DNA of 51,889 nucleotides from Chromera velia (taxonomy: Eukaryota), in contig JAHBMJ010000269.1 in assembly GCA_018398765.1 (NCBI GenBank), forward strand, positions 1 to 51,889, read 5' to 3'. Below, piece by piece: positions 12,817 through 23,946 of the stretch. The notes beneath the pieces were generated by a model. The model ran no database searches. It was not told where the DNA came from and saw nothing but the letters and a program-made list of their open reading frames with translations. Each line of letters begins with the position of its first letter. Positions within the stretch are counted from its first letter, which is position 1. The position numbers were made by a program, and so were the translations under genes.

Positions 12817-15468
12817 ATGTGTGTGTGTGTGTGTGTGTGCAGCTGACGGCAACAGGGTGATCTCAGGGTCGAATGACGGCACAGTGAAGGTAAGAGAACG
12901 AGAAAGAAAGCCGCGATCTCTCTCTCTCTTTCTAGGCATGCGTCGGGGGGATTGTCGGCCTCCACCATCCATTCTGATTTTGCTTCTATGGGATCGCTCC
13001 CTCTTCTTGTCACCAAATGTCCCCAAATCCCTTCATGTCCGTCCAGCAGTCTCCCTTCTTCCGTCCTCCATCCCTGCCCCCCTCCCTCCTTCGCCCCTTC
13101 CTTCCTCCCTCCCTCCTTTCCTTCCTTCCTCCCTCCAGAGCTCTCTCCAGTTCCACCACCCCATCCGACCTCGGCCTCACGTTGGCTGCCCCCCCCCTGT
13201 GCACGCAAACAAACTTCCATTCAGGTTTGGGACTCCAAAACGTGTGAGTGTCTGAACACGATGACACCCCCTCCCCCTCCGCACATCAACGAGAGCACCA
13301 GCACGCCTGCCGTCTCGGCCGTATTCCTTGTGCCGAAGGTCAGTCAGTCCAACAGTTAATGGAGGAAGGAAGGGAGGAGCAGAACGGGACCGACAGATTG
13401 CTCTCTCCGGCTCTGCTTTCTTCACTGTTTTTCTCTTTCTATCGCCGGCTTCAGTCAGAGCTGATCAGGGCCGACAGTCAAGCAAGCAGGCAGGCAGGCA
13501 GGCAGGCAGGCAGAGTTGCCGAGCGAGGAAAGGAGAATCTGGCATCAAACCAAAATCCTTTCCTGCATCGTGTTCATTCACTGCATGTGCGCGTCGACCG
13601 ATCGAGGGAGAGAGAGAGATCGCGTCACGAATTTCGACAAGGAGAGGATATGGAGTGTTTTGGCAGGGAAAAAAAGAGACGCTGATTGGGTGCTCATTTA
13701 TGTGGGTTGGGGTGGACAGAGGGTAGCAGAGCATGTTGGTTTCCGGTATCTGACCTTCTTCTTCTTCTTCGCGTTGGTGAAGCTTTTTTTCTCTGCACCG
13801 TCTTTCGTGTAGCTGTCGGTAGAGGTCAGAAAGGTGTGTGTTGAGTGCGTCTCTAACATGTGCTGCCCCCCCCCCCTTTTTTTACTTTGCTTGGCGGCCT
13901 TGGTGGCTGGCTGGCTTTTGTGTTGCAGTCTCACGATTTGATTTACGTGGTGACGAAGAGTAGCACTCTGTATCAGATGACCATACAGGGCCAGGTGGTA
14001 AAGACCATGTCCACAGGTTGGTTGGTTGGTTGGGGGAATTAAGGAGGGAATCACAAACAGGCAATCAAACAAACAAACAAACAAACAAACAAACAAAGAG
14101 ACTGACTGTATGTATGTAGCGTTTCTCAATCGGCATCTCTAAAAAGACAGAGAGGACTCATAAATAAACATCCATTCGTGATCCTTTTCCTTTGCCTGGC
14201 TTTGCGACTCTCCGTCTGTCTGGGCTTCTGTCTGTGCATTAATTACAGTCTCTCCTTCGTTCTTGTCCTGGCTGTTTCCCGACTCAGCGACACCCCCTTT
14301 TCTTTCTTGCTTTTTCCGGTTCCCATCCTCTTCCAACAATCGAACTTCGTCCGTCCCTTTTTTCCTTCCTTCCTTCCTTTCCCCCCGTTCATCATTTCTT
14401 TAGTTGGACGGACAATGGAGATCCCCTACCTGCCTGCCTACCCGCTTGTCTGCCTGCCTGTCCACATGCCTGCCTCTTCCCTCCTTTCTGTCTTCAGGAA
14501 AGCGAGAGGGCGGGGACTTCATCGCGGGCATCGGTGGGTGGGCGAGAGGTCTGATGCATGCGGTGACAGGGGGGGGAAGTGGGGGCGCTTCAAAAAAATA
14601 TAATAGGATGAATGGATGGATGAGGCGGTCGGTGGAGAAGAACTCTTTTCGCTCTTGCCCCTTTCTTCGTCCTTTTTCTTCTCTTCGGTCTCTGTGCAGT
14701 CTTCCGTTAAAGAGAATGTCCACGTGGGCCTTTCCGGATTCTCTCTTGTACCTTGCAAGCGTTGTGGTCGTCATTTTGTTTGCACAATTCCTGCATGGTG
14801 TTTTCCTTCTCCTTGTCTGGCCTGGTCTGTCCAAGCTTTCCTGCCATCTCTGCTGCCTCCTTGCAGTCTCCCCTCGAGGAGAGTGGCTCTACGTCGCTGC
14901 AGAGGACAACAGGATGTACACCTTCGCAGCGTCCACGGGAAAATTGGAACACTTGATGGAGGTGCGTCGAATGAAGGAAGGCGGGAAAGATAGATAGAGA
15001 GAGAGAGAGAGCGAGGGAGGGAGGGAAGGAGGGAGGGAGGAAGGGAGAGCAAGAGAGGTAGCGAGAAGTGAGACAGACGACCGCAAGAAAGGACGAGGAA
15101 GCCTGCCTGTGCCGCCATCTGGTACCCTCTCTCTCCCTTCCTCACGCGCCTTCTCTGGGCCCGTCGTCACTTGAATGAAGGATGCGGCTTTTGTTTCTTC
15201 TTCGCTGTCTATCGACGTTTGCGTCTTTCTGATCGATTGACCGATTGATTGACCGCTTGGATTTCTCGTCTGATTTGGTCAATCGATTGATCCATTGGAT
15301 GGTTGGTTGCTTGACTTGGCCCACCTCTCTCGAGTCTGCATGCGTCTGCCTGTATGTTCGTCTGTGCAGGTCCACGAGAAAGACGCCATCGGTCTCGCGC
15401 ACCATCCGAACCTTCCGTTGGTCGCCTCCTGGGGTCTCGACGGCACGATTAAGCTCTTGAAGCCGTAA
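7631..15468 (+). CDS. SMU1: WD40 repeat spliceosomal protein SMU1 (LisH/CTLH + WD40), 16 exons, 519 aa
   Basis: Exons 7631-7662, 7860-7926, 8278-8421, 8742-8897, 9545-9593, 9937-10020, 10720-10758, 11037-11166, 11930-12101, 12468-12675, 12843-12889, 13225-13338, 13929-14016, 14498-14533, 14867-14961, 15370-15468 sum to 1560 nt in one open frame. Motifs [75 protein letters not shown] and VHEKDAIGLAHHP match SMU1. Confidence 0.97.
12702..12839. repeat. Compound (CT)n(GA)n(GT)n microsatellite filling most of SMU1 intron 10
   Basis: Visible directly; similar simple repeats occur in most introns of the window. Confidence 0.95.
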
Positions 15469-18189
15469 AATTAGTTGGGGTAATAAAGCCTGTTAGAAAG
15501 ATCACTCATTTGGGAATAAAGCCGGGTCAAGAGTCAACTTCAATTTGAAACACTGCACTGTGTGCGGCGGCTATTTTACTTACGGCTCACTAGGCTGCTC
15601 GTACACGTCATGATATAGTAGGATCCTGGGACATGCTACTAGTATATGAGTATATAAAACTATATGAGTTTCTATCTATAGAATAGGATATAAGATAGCA
15701 TTTTACTAGGGATTTTATATTTCAGGCCCTCCCGCGCTCCAGTACGCTCCAGCCAGGTATAAAGCCCGTGTTACGGGCTGTGCAGCTAGCCCATGCCTTT
15801 TAAACCTGAGTTTGCAGCAATAAATTTGCCAATAATTAGAGAGGTATACGGTTTGTGGCGCCGTTTGAGTTACTTAATTAAGTATCATTTTTTTTTTTTA
15901 AGTGTTTAGCGCTTTGTTGGGGCCTGCGGAAAGTGTGCTTTAGACTACATTTTCAGGTATATATGGGGACGCGGCATCCATAATAAAAACCTCGATCATC
16001 ATATTTTCAGGCGGGAAAAAGTTAGAAAAGTCAGATCCCTTAAAACACCGTGTACATCCCTCTGCAGGTCCACCTCTCAGCCAGATGGGCCCCCCGACGA
16101 GATGGACAAAAACTACCCTGCCCTTCCCACGGCAGGGAGGGCGTAGGAAGCGACAACAGCTGGGCTCTCTCCACCCAGCCAGCCAGCCACAGTGTACGCG
16201 TGGAGACCGGTGGGGAGGGATAAAGAGAAGGAGAGGAGGTGGATGGACGCCGCAGCACTGGCCGCAAACGCATGCCAGACAGACCTACCCCGGGTGGAGC
16301 AGGGCCGAATCAAAAGGGCGCAATGGTGGGAGGAGGAGAGGAAAGGACACACGAAAGCGGTTGGAAAGGTGAAGAAGGAAGCGAGGGAGTGAAGGGCGGA
16401 GCAACGAAGGCAGCCGCCACCCAGCTCTAGCTTCATTACGGTAAACGTCCGCACCCTTCCAACCCCCCCGCCCAAGACACCACCAATCCTCCCCCTTCCG
16501 ATTCAAGGACCTTTTGGACCCTCTGGGCTGCGACGAGGGATGGCTGACCCAATCAGACAGGCTAGGGAACGCCGAGCGCGAGTCAAGACAGCAACCCGCA
16601 GAGAATGGGAAGAGGAGGCAGAAAAGGAAATCCAGGAGAGGGAAGAGTGGAGAGCCAGATGGAGGAGGGGAGAGAACCCGCACCCGAGGTAGCCCGCACA
16701 GCCCCAGACGCCACAGATAGTCAAAAAGATGGTAGGGGCAGCCATCCGCACAACTCCCCCCGATGACCAGCGAGCAGACAGGCAGGCAAGGCCATCCATC
16801 ACCCCAATAGTATGCCGACTAAGTGTCAGCCCAGCCGGAGCCGACCTCACATCCAATGTGGGGTTGACGGATGATGAGGCCCTCCAGAAAGGGATCGAGA
16901 ATTCGCTGTCGGAGACGCCAGGCCCTGCGCCTCCTGCTTGTTCTGACTCATCTTCCTCTCTTTCCCCCGCTTCCTCTTCATCTTCCTCTTCCTCGTCCTC
17001 TTCCCCTTCCTCCTCCTCCTCTTCCTCCTCCTATTCCCCTCCCTTCTCTTCTCAGGCACCCTTAGCTTAGATTCAAGAACAGACAGATACACAAGCAGGC
17101 ACAGACAGACAGACAGAAAGCCAAACGTGGACAGTCGTCGAAGCAAAAAGGCAGACCAGAGCAGCCGCAGTGCAGGCGCAGACGGAGACAGGCAAAAGAC
17201 GGCAGGACAAGACAGACGCAGACAGCCACAGACAGCGACAGAGAGATAGAGAAAGCCGGAAGCGGATACAGACAGCTACAGGCAGATACAGACAGACGCA
17301 GGCAGCCACAAATAGATATTAAAAGATAGACGCAGACAGACACAGACAGACACAGAGAGACGCAGATTCAGACAGATGTAGACAGACACACCAAGCGACA
17401 GCAAGACACAGAAAGAAACAGCCAGCAACAGGAAGACAGCAGGAGGGGAGTCCGACGGCCAAGCGAACAACTGAATGCCTATGACACGGCTGGGGGGGAG
17501 GGGGGCCCAAACGTCTGTGACACGGCGGCCGGCCCTTCCTCCCCCCGCAAGCAGGAGGGGGGGGTGCGTGTGCCTCTGGGGGATTGTTGTGCGGCGGGGG
17601 AGGGGGGCCAACCCAAGGCCGGACCCTCCCCCAGGCAGACGGGGGAAGGTCCCCTCACACCCATCCAAAGACACATCCACATCCAACCCCAACCGCGGCC
17701 CCCCGCATCCCCTAACCACACACCAGAACGTTTTCACATAGGCACCGCCACACCCTCCTCACAACTCACCAGGACCCCCCCAACCCCACCACCACCCAGG
17801 AGATGGAGATTCGACAAAGCGAGCGTCCCCAGATAAAACTCAGACCCTCTCCCCCTCCGACCCCCTTCCCCCCCCCCCGAGGAAAGAGACCTATGGGACA
17901 ACAGAGACTTTGACGAACCTGAAGACCGCAGGACCACCAGATGCTGCCCTTTCTCCTTCCCCCCTCATACACACCCCCACCGCCGCCTCCCACCACCGAG
18001 CACCACCATCCACAACGCCCTCCCACTACAGCTGCCCGCCCTGCGAATACTCAGTCTGGACCCAGGACTCCTCCCTAACCCCACTCCTATGAGGACCTCA
18101 CCCCATCCCGCACTTGCACAGACAGCAAACCCCCCCCCCTCCCGCAACATGCCCTCCACCCAGTCCCCGACGTGCTCCTCACTGAACCC

Positions 18190-18980
18190 TGATGCAGCCC
18201 CCTTCCAACCGGCCGCCGCACCCCCGAAGAAACCCATCCTACCCACACATACACACACAAGCACATACACCTACAGACCCCAGAAAGCCTCAGTGACACA
18301 TCAGAGGCAGCCCCCTTCCAACCACCAGAACACCTGAAGCCACCCACCCTGCATATATGCACACACACGCATACACACCCACAGACCCTAGAAAGCCTCA
18401 GCGACACCCCAGAGGCAGCCCCCTTCTAACCACCAGAACCCCCGAAGCCACCCACCCCACATACACATACACACACGCAAACACACCCACAGACCCCAGA
18501 AAGCCTCAGCAACACCCTAGAGGCAGCCCCCTTCTAACGACTAGAACCCCCGAAGCCACCCACCCCGCATACACACACATACACGCATACATACCCACAG
18601 ACCCCAGAAAGCCTCAGCGACACCCCAGAGGCAGCCCCCCTCTAACCACTAGAACCCCTGAAGCCACCCACCCTGCATACACACACACATACACACATAA
18701 GCACACACACCCACAGACCCCAGAAAGCCTCAGCGACACCCCAGAGACAGCCCCCTTCCAACCACCAGAACCCTCGCAGACACCCACTCCACATACATGC
18801 ACATATACGCACATACACCCACAGACCCCAGAAAGCCTCAGCAACCCCCCAGAGGCAGCCCCATTCCAACCACCAGCACCCCCACAGACACTCACTCCAC
18901 ATACACAACCCCATACACACACACACATACGCAAACCCCCGAAAGCCTCAGCGATACACCAGCCGAGACCCCCACCCCCC
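18190..18980 (+). repeat. ~108-bp tandem repeat, about 7 copies, inside the CRE-like element
   Basis: ACAGACCCCAGAAAGCCTCAG-like anchors at ~18273, 18381, 18489, 18597, 18713, 18821, 18931. Confidence 0.9.
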
Positions 18981-19545
18981 CAAAGGAGTACTTGGGAGTG
19001 CCGGACAAAGCCCCAACGGACCCCTTCGAGAGGCATAAATAGGTAGCGGACAAGAAAGTCCGTGAGAGGCGCCTTAAAAGGACATGGAAGGAGAGGCGGG
19101 GCGGCGGGGAAAGGGAGAAAGAGGAAGAGGATGACGAACCCCCTGATCTGGTAGACTCAGAGCATTTGGACAGCGAAGATGAAGACACAACAGCCAAACA
19201 CAGCACCAAAACACCCACCTTCCCACCCCGGAACTCACAAAAGGCGAGGGCGAACGAATGCTGTGCATGCCATAGGTTGGGGGGAAGGTGCACCTCGTGC
19301 TAATGTGTCTGGCAAGGGAGACCGTGCAGCACAAACGGTCACATCTGCCCCCTCCAAGCTCCAGCAGACACCCGAGCCTACCCCCCCGGCGCAAGAACAT
19401 GTCAGAACCTCCACAACACTCCACTAGACACCCCTCCTCCACCGCCAAGCGCTCCCCTACCCCGGGGCCCCGGACCAGGAGACAAAGCCCGAAGCAACGA
19501 AGGGGAGGGGGGCGGCTCAGACCCCTTGTCCTCCTCTCCCGCTAG

Positions 19546-19738
19546 TTCCTCCTCCTCCTCTCCCTCCTCCTCTTCCTCCTCCTCTTCCTCCTCCTCCTCC
19601 TCGTCCTCCTCCTCTTCCTCCTCTTCCTCCTCCTCTTCCTCCTCCTCTTCCTCCTCCTCTTCTTCCTCCTCTTGAAGTTCCTCCTCCTCCTCCTCCTCTT
19701 CCTCCTCCTCTTCTTCCTCTTCCTCCTCCTCCTCCTCC
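19546..19738 (+). repeat. (TCC/TCT)n trinucleotide tract
   Basis: Visible directly; reads as poly-Ser on + and poly-Glu on -. Confidence 0.95.
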
Positions 19739-20221
19739 GCAGCACTCTTCCCCACAGCCATGGGCCAGGACCCCCCACCCAAAAGGCCCCCGCAAGAAGG
19801 GAACGTGGTAGTAGTAACTGCCAGAGCCAACGAAGGGGGGGGGAAATACTTAGGAAGGGTCCTCAACGTCAGCAAAAAGCAAATCGAGCTCCACCTATGG
19901 GGAGGAAATGGAGACACACAGAAGCCAGTGCCTGGCTGGCAGCCCATAGAAGAAACCAGCAGGGGGCGGGAGTTCTTCAAACAACTCCGCTTCGGCGGCG
20001 CCAGACCACCAGAGGGCCATGAAGCTATCACATGGACCTTTCACTTCAGCCAAGGAAAGGGGGCGAAGGTCATCGTATGTCTGGTCCGCAACTTCTGCCC
20101 AGATCAGAATCTCTCTCAGCGCTTCCTCCATACGAAAGTGAGGAGGAGCAACCAGCAGGGGGGGGGGCCCTGGCAGGCATACGGCGAGGCGCTAGTCAGG
20201 GTGAACCGCATCTGTCAAGAG

Positions 20222-20718
20222 GCCACAGCAGAAGAAGACGGCCAAGGCCCCCCGCACAGCCAAACATCAGCAGGAGAAGACGGCCAAGGCCCCCCGCGCA
20301 GCCAAATAGCAGCAGGAAAAGACGGCCAAGGCCCCCTGCGCAGCCAAACAGCAGCAGAAAAAGACGGCAGAGGCCCTCCACACAGCCAAACAGCAGCAGG
20401 AGAAGACGATCGAGGCCCCCCGCGCAGCCAAACAGCAGCAGGAGAAGACGGCCAAGGCCTCACGTGCAGCCAAATAGCAGCAGGAGAAGGCGGCCAAGCC
20501 CCCCCGCGCAGCCAAACAGCAGCAGGAGAAGACAGCCGAGGCCCCCCACACAGCCAAACAGCAGCAGGCGGAGATGGCCAAGGCCCCCCGCATAGCCAAA
20601 CAGCAGCAAGAGAAGACGGCCGAGGCTCCCCACGCAGCCGAACAGCAGCAAAAGAAGACAGCCGAGGCCCTCCGTGCAGCCAAACAGCAGCAGGAGAAGA
20701 CCAAAGGGGCCCCCCACG
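20222..20718 (+). repeat. 42-bp in-frame tandem repeat, about 12 copies (TAAGEDGQGPPRSQ)
   Basis: 14-aa repeats in ORF 19760-20896. Confidence 0.95.
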
Positions 20719-21768
20719 TGAGGCCTTACACGATCGACCACTGAGAGAGAAGGAAAGTGAGGCGAACGCATGCATACGAGCGGCTGAGGAGGAAAAGCGC
20801 CCCCTGGCAAGAGAGGAGGCCAACCGCCTCATGGAGGCAGCCTACGGGGCCCCCAGGGAGCCAGGAGGGAAGCCCACCCTCGCTCAGGGAAGGTGAGAGA
20901 GAGAGTGGAGGCGTGCACAGCGTCTACACCCCAGCGGGCAGTACGCATTCCCCAAAAAGGGCACAGGGAGGAGGCTAGTACGGCTGACGCAATCCCTAAT
21001 TGCAGGGATTAGAGCGGGAACAACCCAAGCGAAGCGTTGAGCCTCCTGCTGATGCTAGACCTTACCCTCCGGAAAGACCCCCATATCAAAAAGGTAAAGA
21101 AGGTACGGGAGACCATCAAGAGCAGGCTAGATTTGTGAGAGCAGGGGGAGAAGGGAAGAGAAACCCTCCTTCAGGAGGCAACCAAAATTAGCAGAAAAGC
21201 CTACAGCAGCAGCAGGAGGGGGGAGAGCAAGAGCCGATCAAAAAGGGAAGAACTTAAGAAGGCAACGGGCCTCCCCGAGATGAGGAAATTTCGAAACTTC
21301 ATCCAGGCAGGGGAGATGAGGAGGGGAACATGGATACTGACAGGCCGAGAGAAAGGGGGAGTCCTGGACGGGGAAGATACCTTCACTAAGAGAGGACAAA
21401 CCTACCAGGTAGCAGAGATCCTGAAAGCCAAACATCCCCCCGGAAAAACACCCCAAGCAGCAGCACTAGAAGCAATGCCCAGAGAGGGCCTCCCCACCCT
21501 CACCCCCCTCCTAATCACTGAGGAGGACATCGCCGCAATAGCACGCCGCCTCCAAGGCAGCGCGGGGCCGTCTGGATTCGATAGCACACAGCTCCGCACC
21601 GCAGTCCTGAGCCTAGGGAGGGAGAATAGAGAGTTAAGGGAAGAACTTGCCAACCTAGCAATAGAAATGGGGAGGAGGGTGTTCGAGTGGGACCAGGTGA
21701 AGGCACTTATGGCATGCCGACTGGTCGCGCTAGACAAATGCCCTGGGGTACGCCCGGTAAGAATCGGC

Positions 21769-22080
21769 CTTAGAATCTTGATGAGACGAAGAGTGTGGGG
21801 GAGATATAAAGAGGAACTTAAGGATGCTTTTCAAGATGTGACTACCGAACAGCTCGTAGAAGTCCATGACAAAGAAGAGAAAGGGAAAGGAAACAGAGAG
21901 CCGCGTTCTAAGGTAGAAGATCTGATTGGTATGCTTTATCAGATGAAAAGAGCAAGAGAGACAGGCTCTGCACGTAGGCATAAGGTTGCAAAAGTAATAG
22001 AGGAAGCATGTTATCGCTCCACCCCTACACTCTATCACTCTGTCTTTCACTCATACTTCGTTAGAGAAAATCAAGCATAA
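21769..22080 (+). pseudogene. Possible Helitron Rep N-terminal fragment
   Basis: GC content drops abruptly at the junction. The peptide VTTEQLVEV..VEDLIGML...GSARRHKVAKVI...PTLY resembles my recollection of the Helitron_like_N pattern. Confidence 0.4.
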
Positions 22081-23273
22081 CTTAATATTATCCCGGGACC
22101 GTAATTCAACTGCATCCATGTTTGTCGGCAGTAGCAATGGTTTTGAAGGGCAAGGCAAGAAATTCATGTATCGTGATGAGATGTGTTATTACATATATGT
22201 GTGCATGGTGTGGAGTAATGTGCATGAATATATGGTGCAAGGCGTATGTCAGACAACTGGCACGCAGGTCTAGGGCTCCGGCCCCGAACACAATGTAATC
22301 CTATAATCCTATAAAAGCCTGTACTATGCATGGTCTGGCTAGCGATGGTGTATATATATAGGCATATATATGCGACTGCATCAAGTCAAGTCAAGTCGAG
22401 CTAGCGGCGATGTAGCTAATGTAGCCCTAGTATATCTGACAAGTTATACAAGTCAAGTTATGTGTTTGCTAATAGTATAAATCGATCAATATAATCAAGC
22501 ATACTACTATAAATTGTCATTTCTAGTAAAATTGGTGTAATCATAACCCACGGTAACCCGGGAGGGATTCATACGTAGGTTATGATGCATTAATTTTATA
22601 TGCCATTAAATAACCTGTAAAACAGATATATAGTCTGTCTGAATTATTAATTAACTGTGGCACTAACTGTGGTATGTACGTTATAGAAATAAAGCCCCCC
22701 ATCATTGCAATCGCTGTAAATTTGATGAATAGAAACTAAGTTTTAGAAATAAAATTTAATTATGTATTCGAGAGGGTTGAACGAGAAACCAGCACTGCTT
22801 GCACTTACTGCAGCCAGCAATCCTTAATGTAACCTATAAGACAACGACACCTAGCCTAGCACCTAGCAACGACACGCACCGTGACGCACGTTGCATGCAT
22901 GTGGAGCAAGCCTAGGAGCAAGCAAAGCTCACGATGCATGTGGAGCAACCAGAGCTCGTTGTGGTTGAACGGCCCTAAGCTGCACCCACTGCCTTCCGCC
23001 CTCTTTCTAAGCTTTGCATGTCACGAGACTGCATTCAATCGATTCAATTGTTGACAAGCGACCTTCTTCTTTCAGGAGTCTGGAGTCCTTTCGGTAGTTT
23101 CTTCAGTCTGCGCAAGCGCTGCATTCATGCGCGCGTGCACGTGTATGTGCACGCACGTTCGTCGAAACGAGGATAGTCATCCCGAGATTCACAAGAGGAT
23201 CTATTCAGTATCCTTCAATGGACCAAGCAGAACCCTCGGTACCCTCAAACAGACCCCGTCCACCCCTCCCCAA

Positions 23274-23580
23274 AATAGAAATATTGCATACAGGCAAAGA
23301 GAAGAAAATCTGAACATACACCCCTCAGGCTCCCCAATAGAATAGAAATATTGCATACTGGCAAAGAGAAGAAAATCTGAGCATACACCCCTCAGGCTCC
23401 CCAATAGAATAGAAATATTGCATACAGGCAAAGAGAAGAAAATCTGAACATACACCGCTCAGGCTCCCCAATAGAATAGAAATATTGCATACTGGCAAAG
23501 AGAAGAAAATCTGAACATACACCCCTCCCCAATGGAAATGTTGCATACGTACAGGCAAAGAGAAGAAAATCTGAACATAC
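23274..23580. repeat. 67-bp minisatellite, about 4.5 copies
   Basis: AATAGAAATATTGCATAC.GGCAAAGAGAAGAAAATCTGAACATACAC.. units start at 23274, 23341, 23408, 23475, with a degenerate copy at ~23531. Confidence 0.95.
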
Positions 23581-23946
23581 ATTCATCTATGCATCGATTT
23601 TCATTCACTCCCTCAATCATTCACTCGATCAGCGCCGTGCATGTACACCCGTACGCACCCACACACCGCGCATGCACCCCCTGCCAACAGACCCAATCAC
23701 GCTACGTACAACGAAAAACAAAAAAAACGAATGCACTGCATCATCACCGATCGATCGATCGATCGCCTCGGTACATTCATTATATTATTCAATCAGCTAG
23801 ACGTACATCCTCCTCCTGCATGTGCCCCAATGGATACCCCCCCACCCCGCCTTTTCTTTCTATGTCTGCTTCTCTGTCCCCTTCCTTACTTCCCCCCTCC
23901 CTCCCTCTCGGACCTCATTCATTACATGCCCCTTCCTTCTGCGTGA

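Larger units (their letters stand above)
16010..21768 (+). mobile_element. Decayed, 3'-truncated CRE-like (RLE-type) non-LTR retrotransposon; 5' boundary approximate
   Basis: The broken frame ends in CRE-type pre-RT and RT motifs: IKSRLDL*EQG..LLQEA (~21115-21180), GEMRRGTWILTGREKGGVL, VAEILKAKHP, LQGSAGPSG, ALMACRLVALDKCPGVRPVRIG. The RT stops before its catalytic motifs. Upstream sequence is purine/C-skewed and low complexity with stops and frameshifts. Confidence 0.75.

Noticed and set aside
19402..20031. Poly-Glu minus-strand ORF
   Set aside because: Produced by the TCC microsatellite, antisense to the retroelement frame.
23274..23580. Regularly spaced repeats resembling a CRISPR array
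   Set aside because: Whole 67-bp units are near-identical with no unique spacers, there are no cas genes, and the context is eukaryotic.
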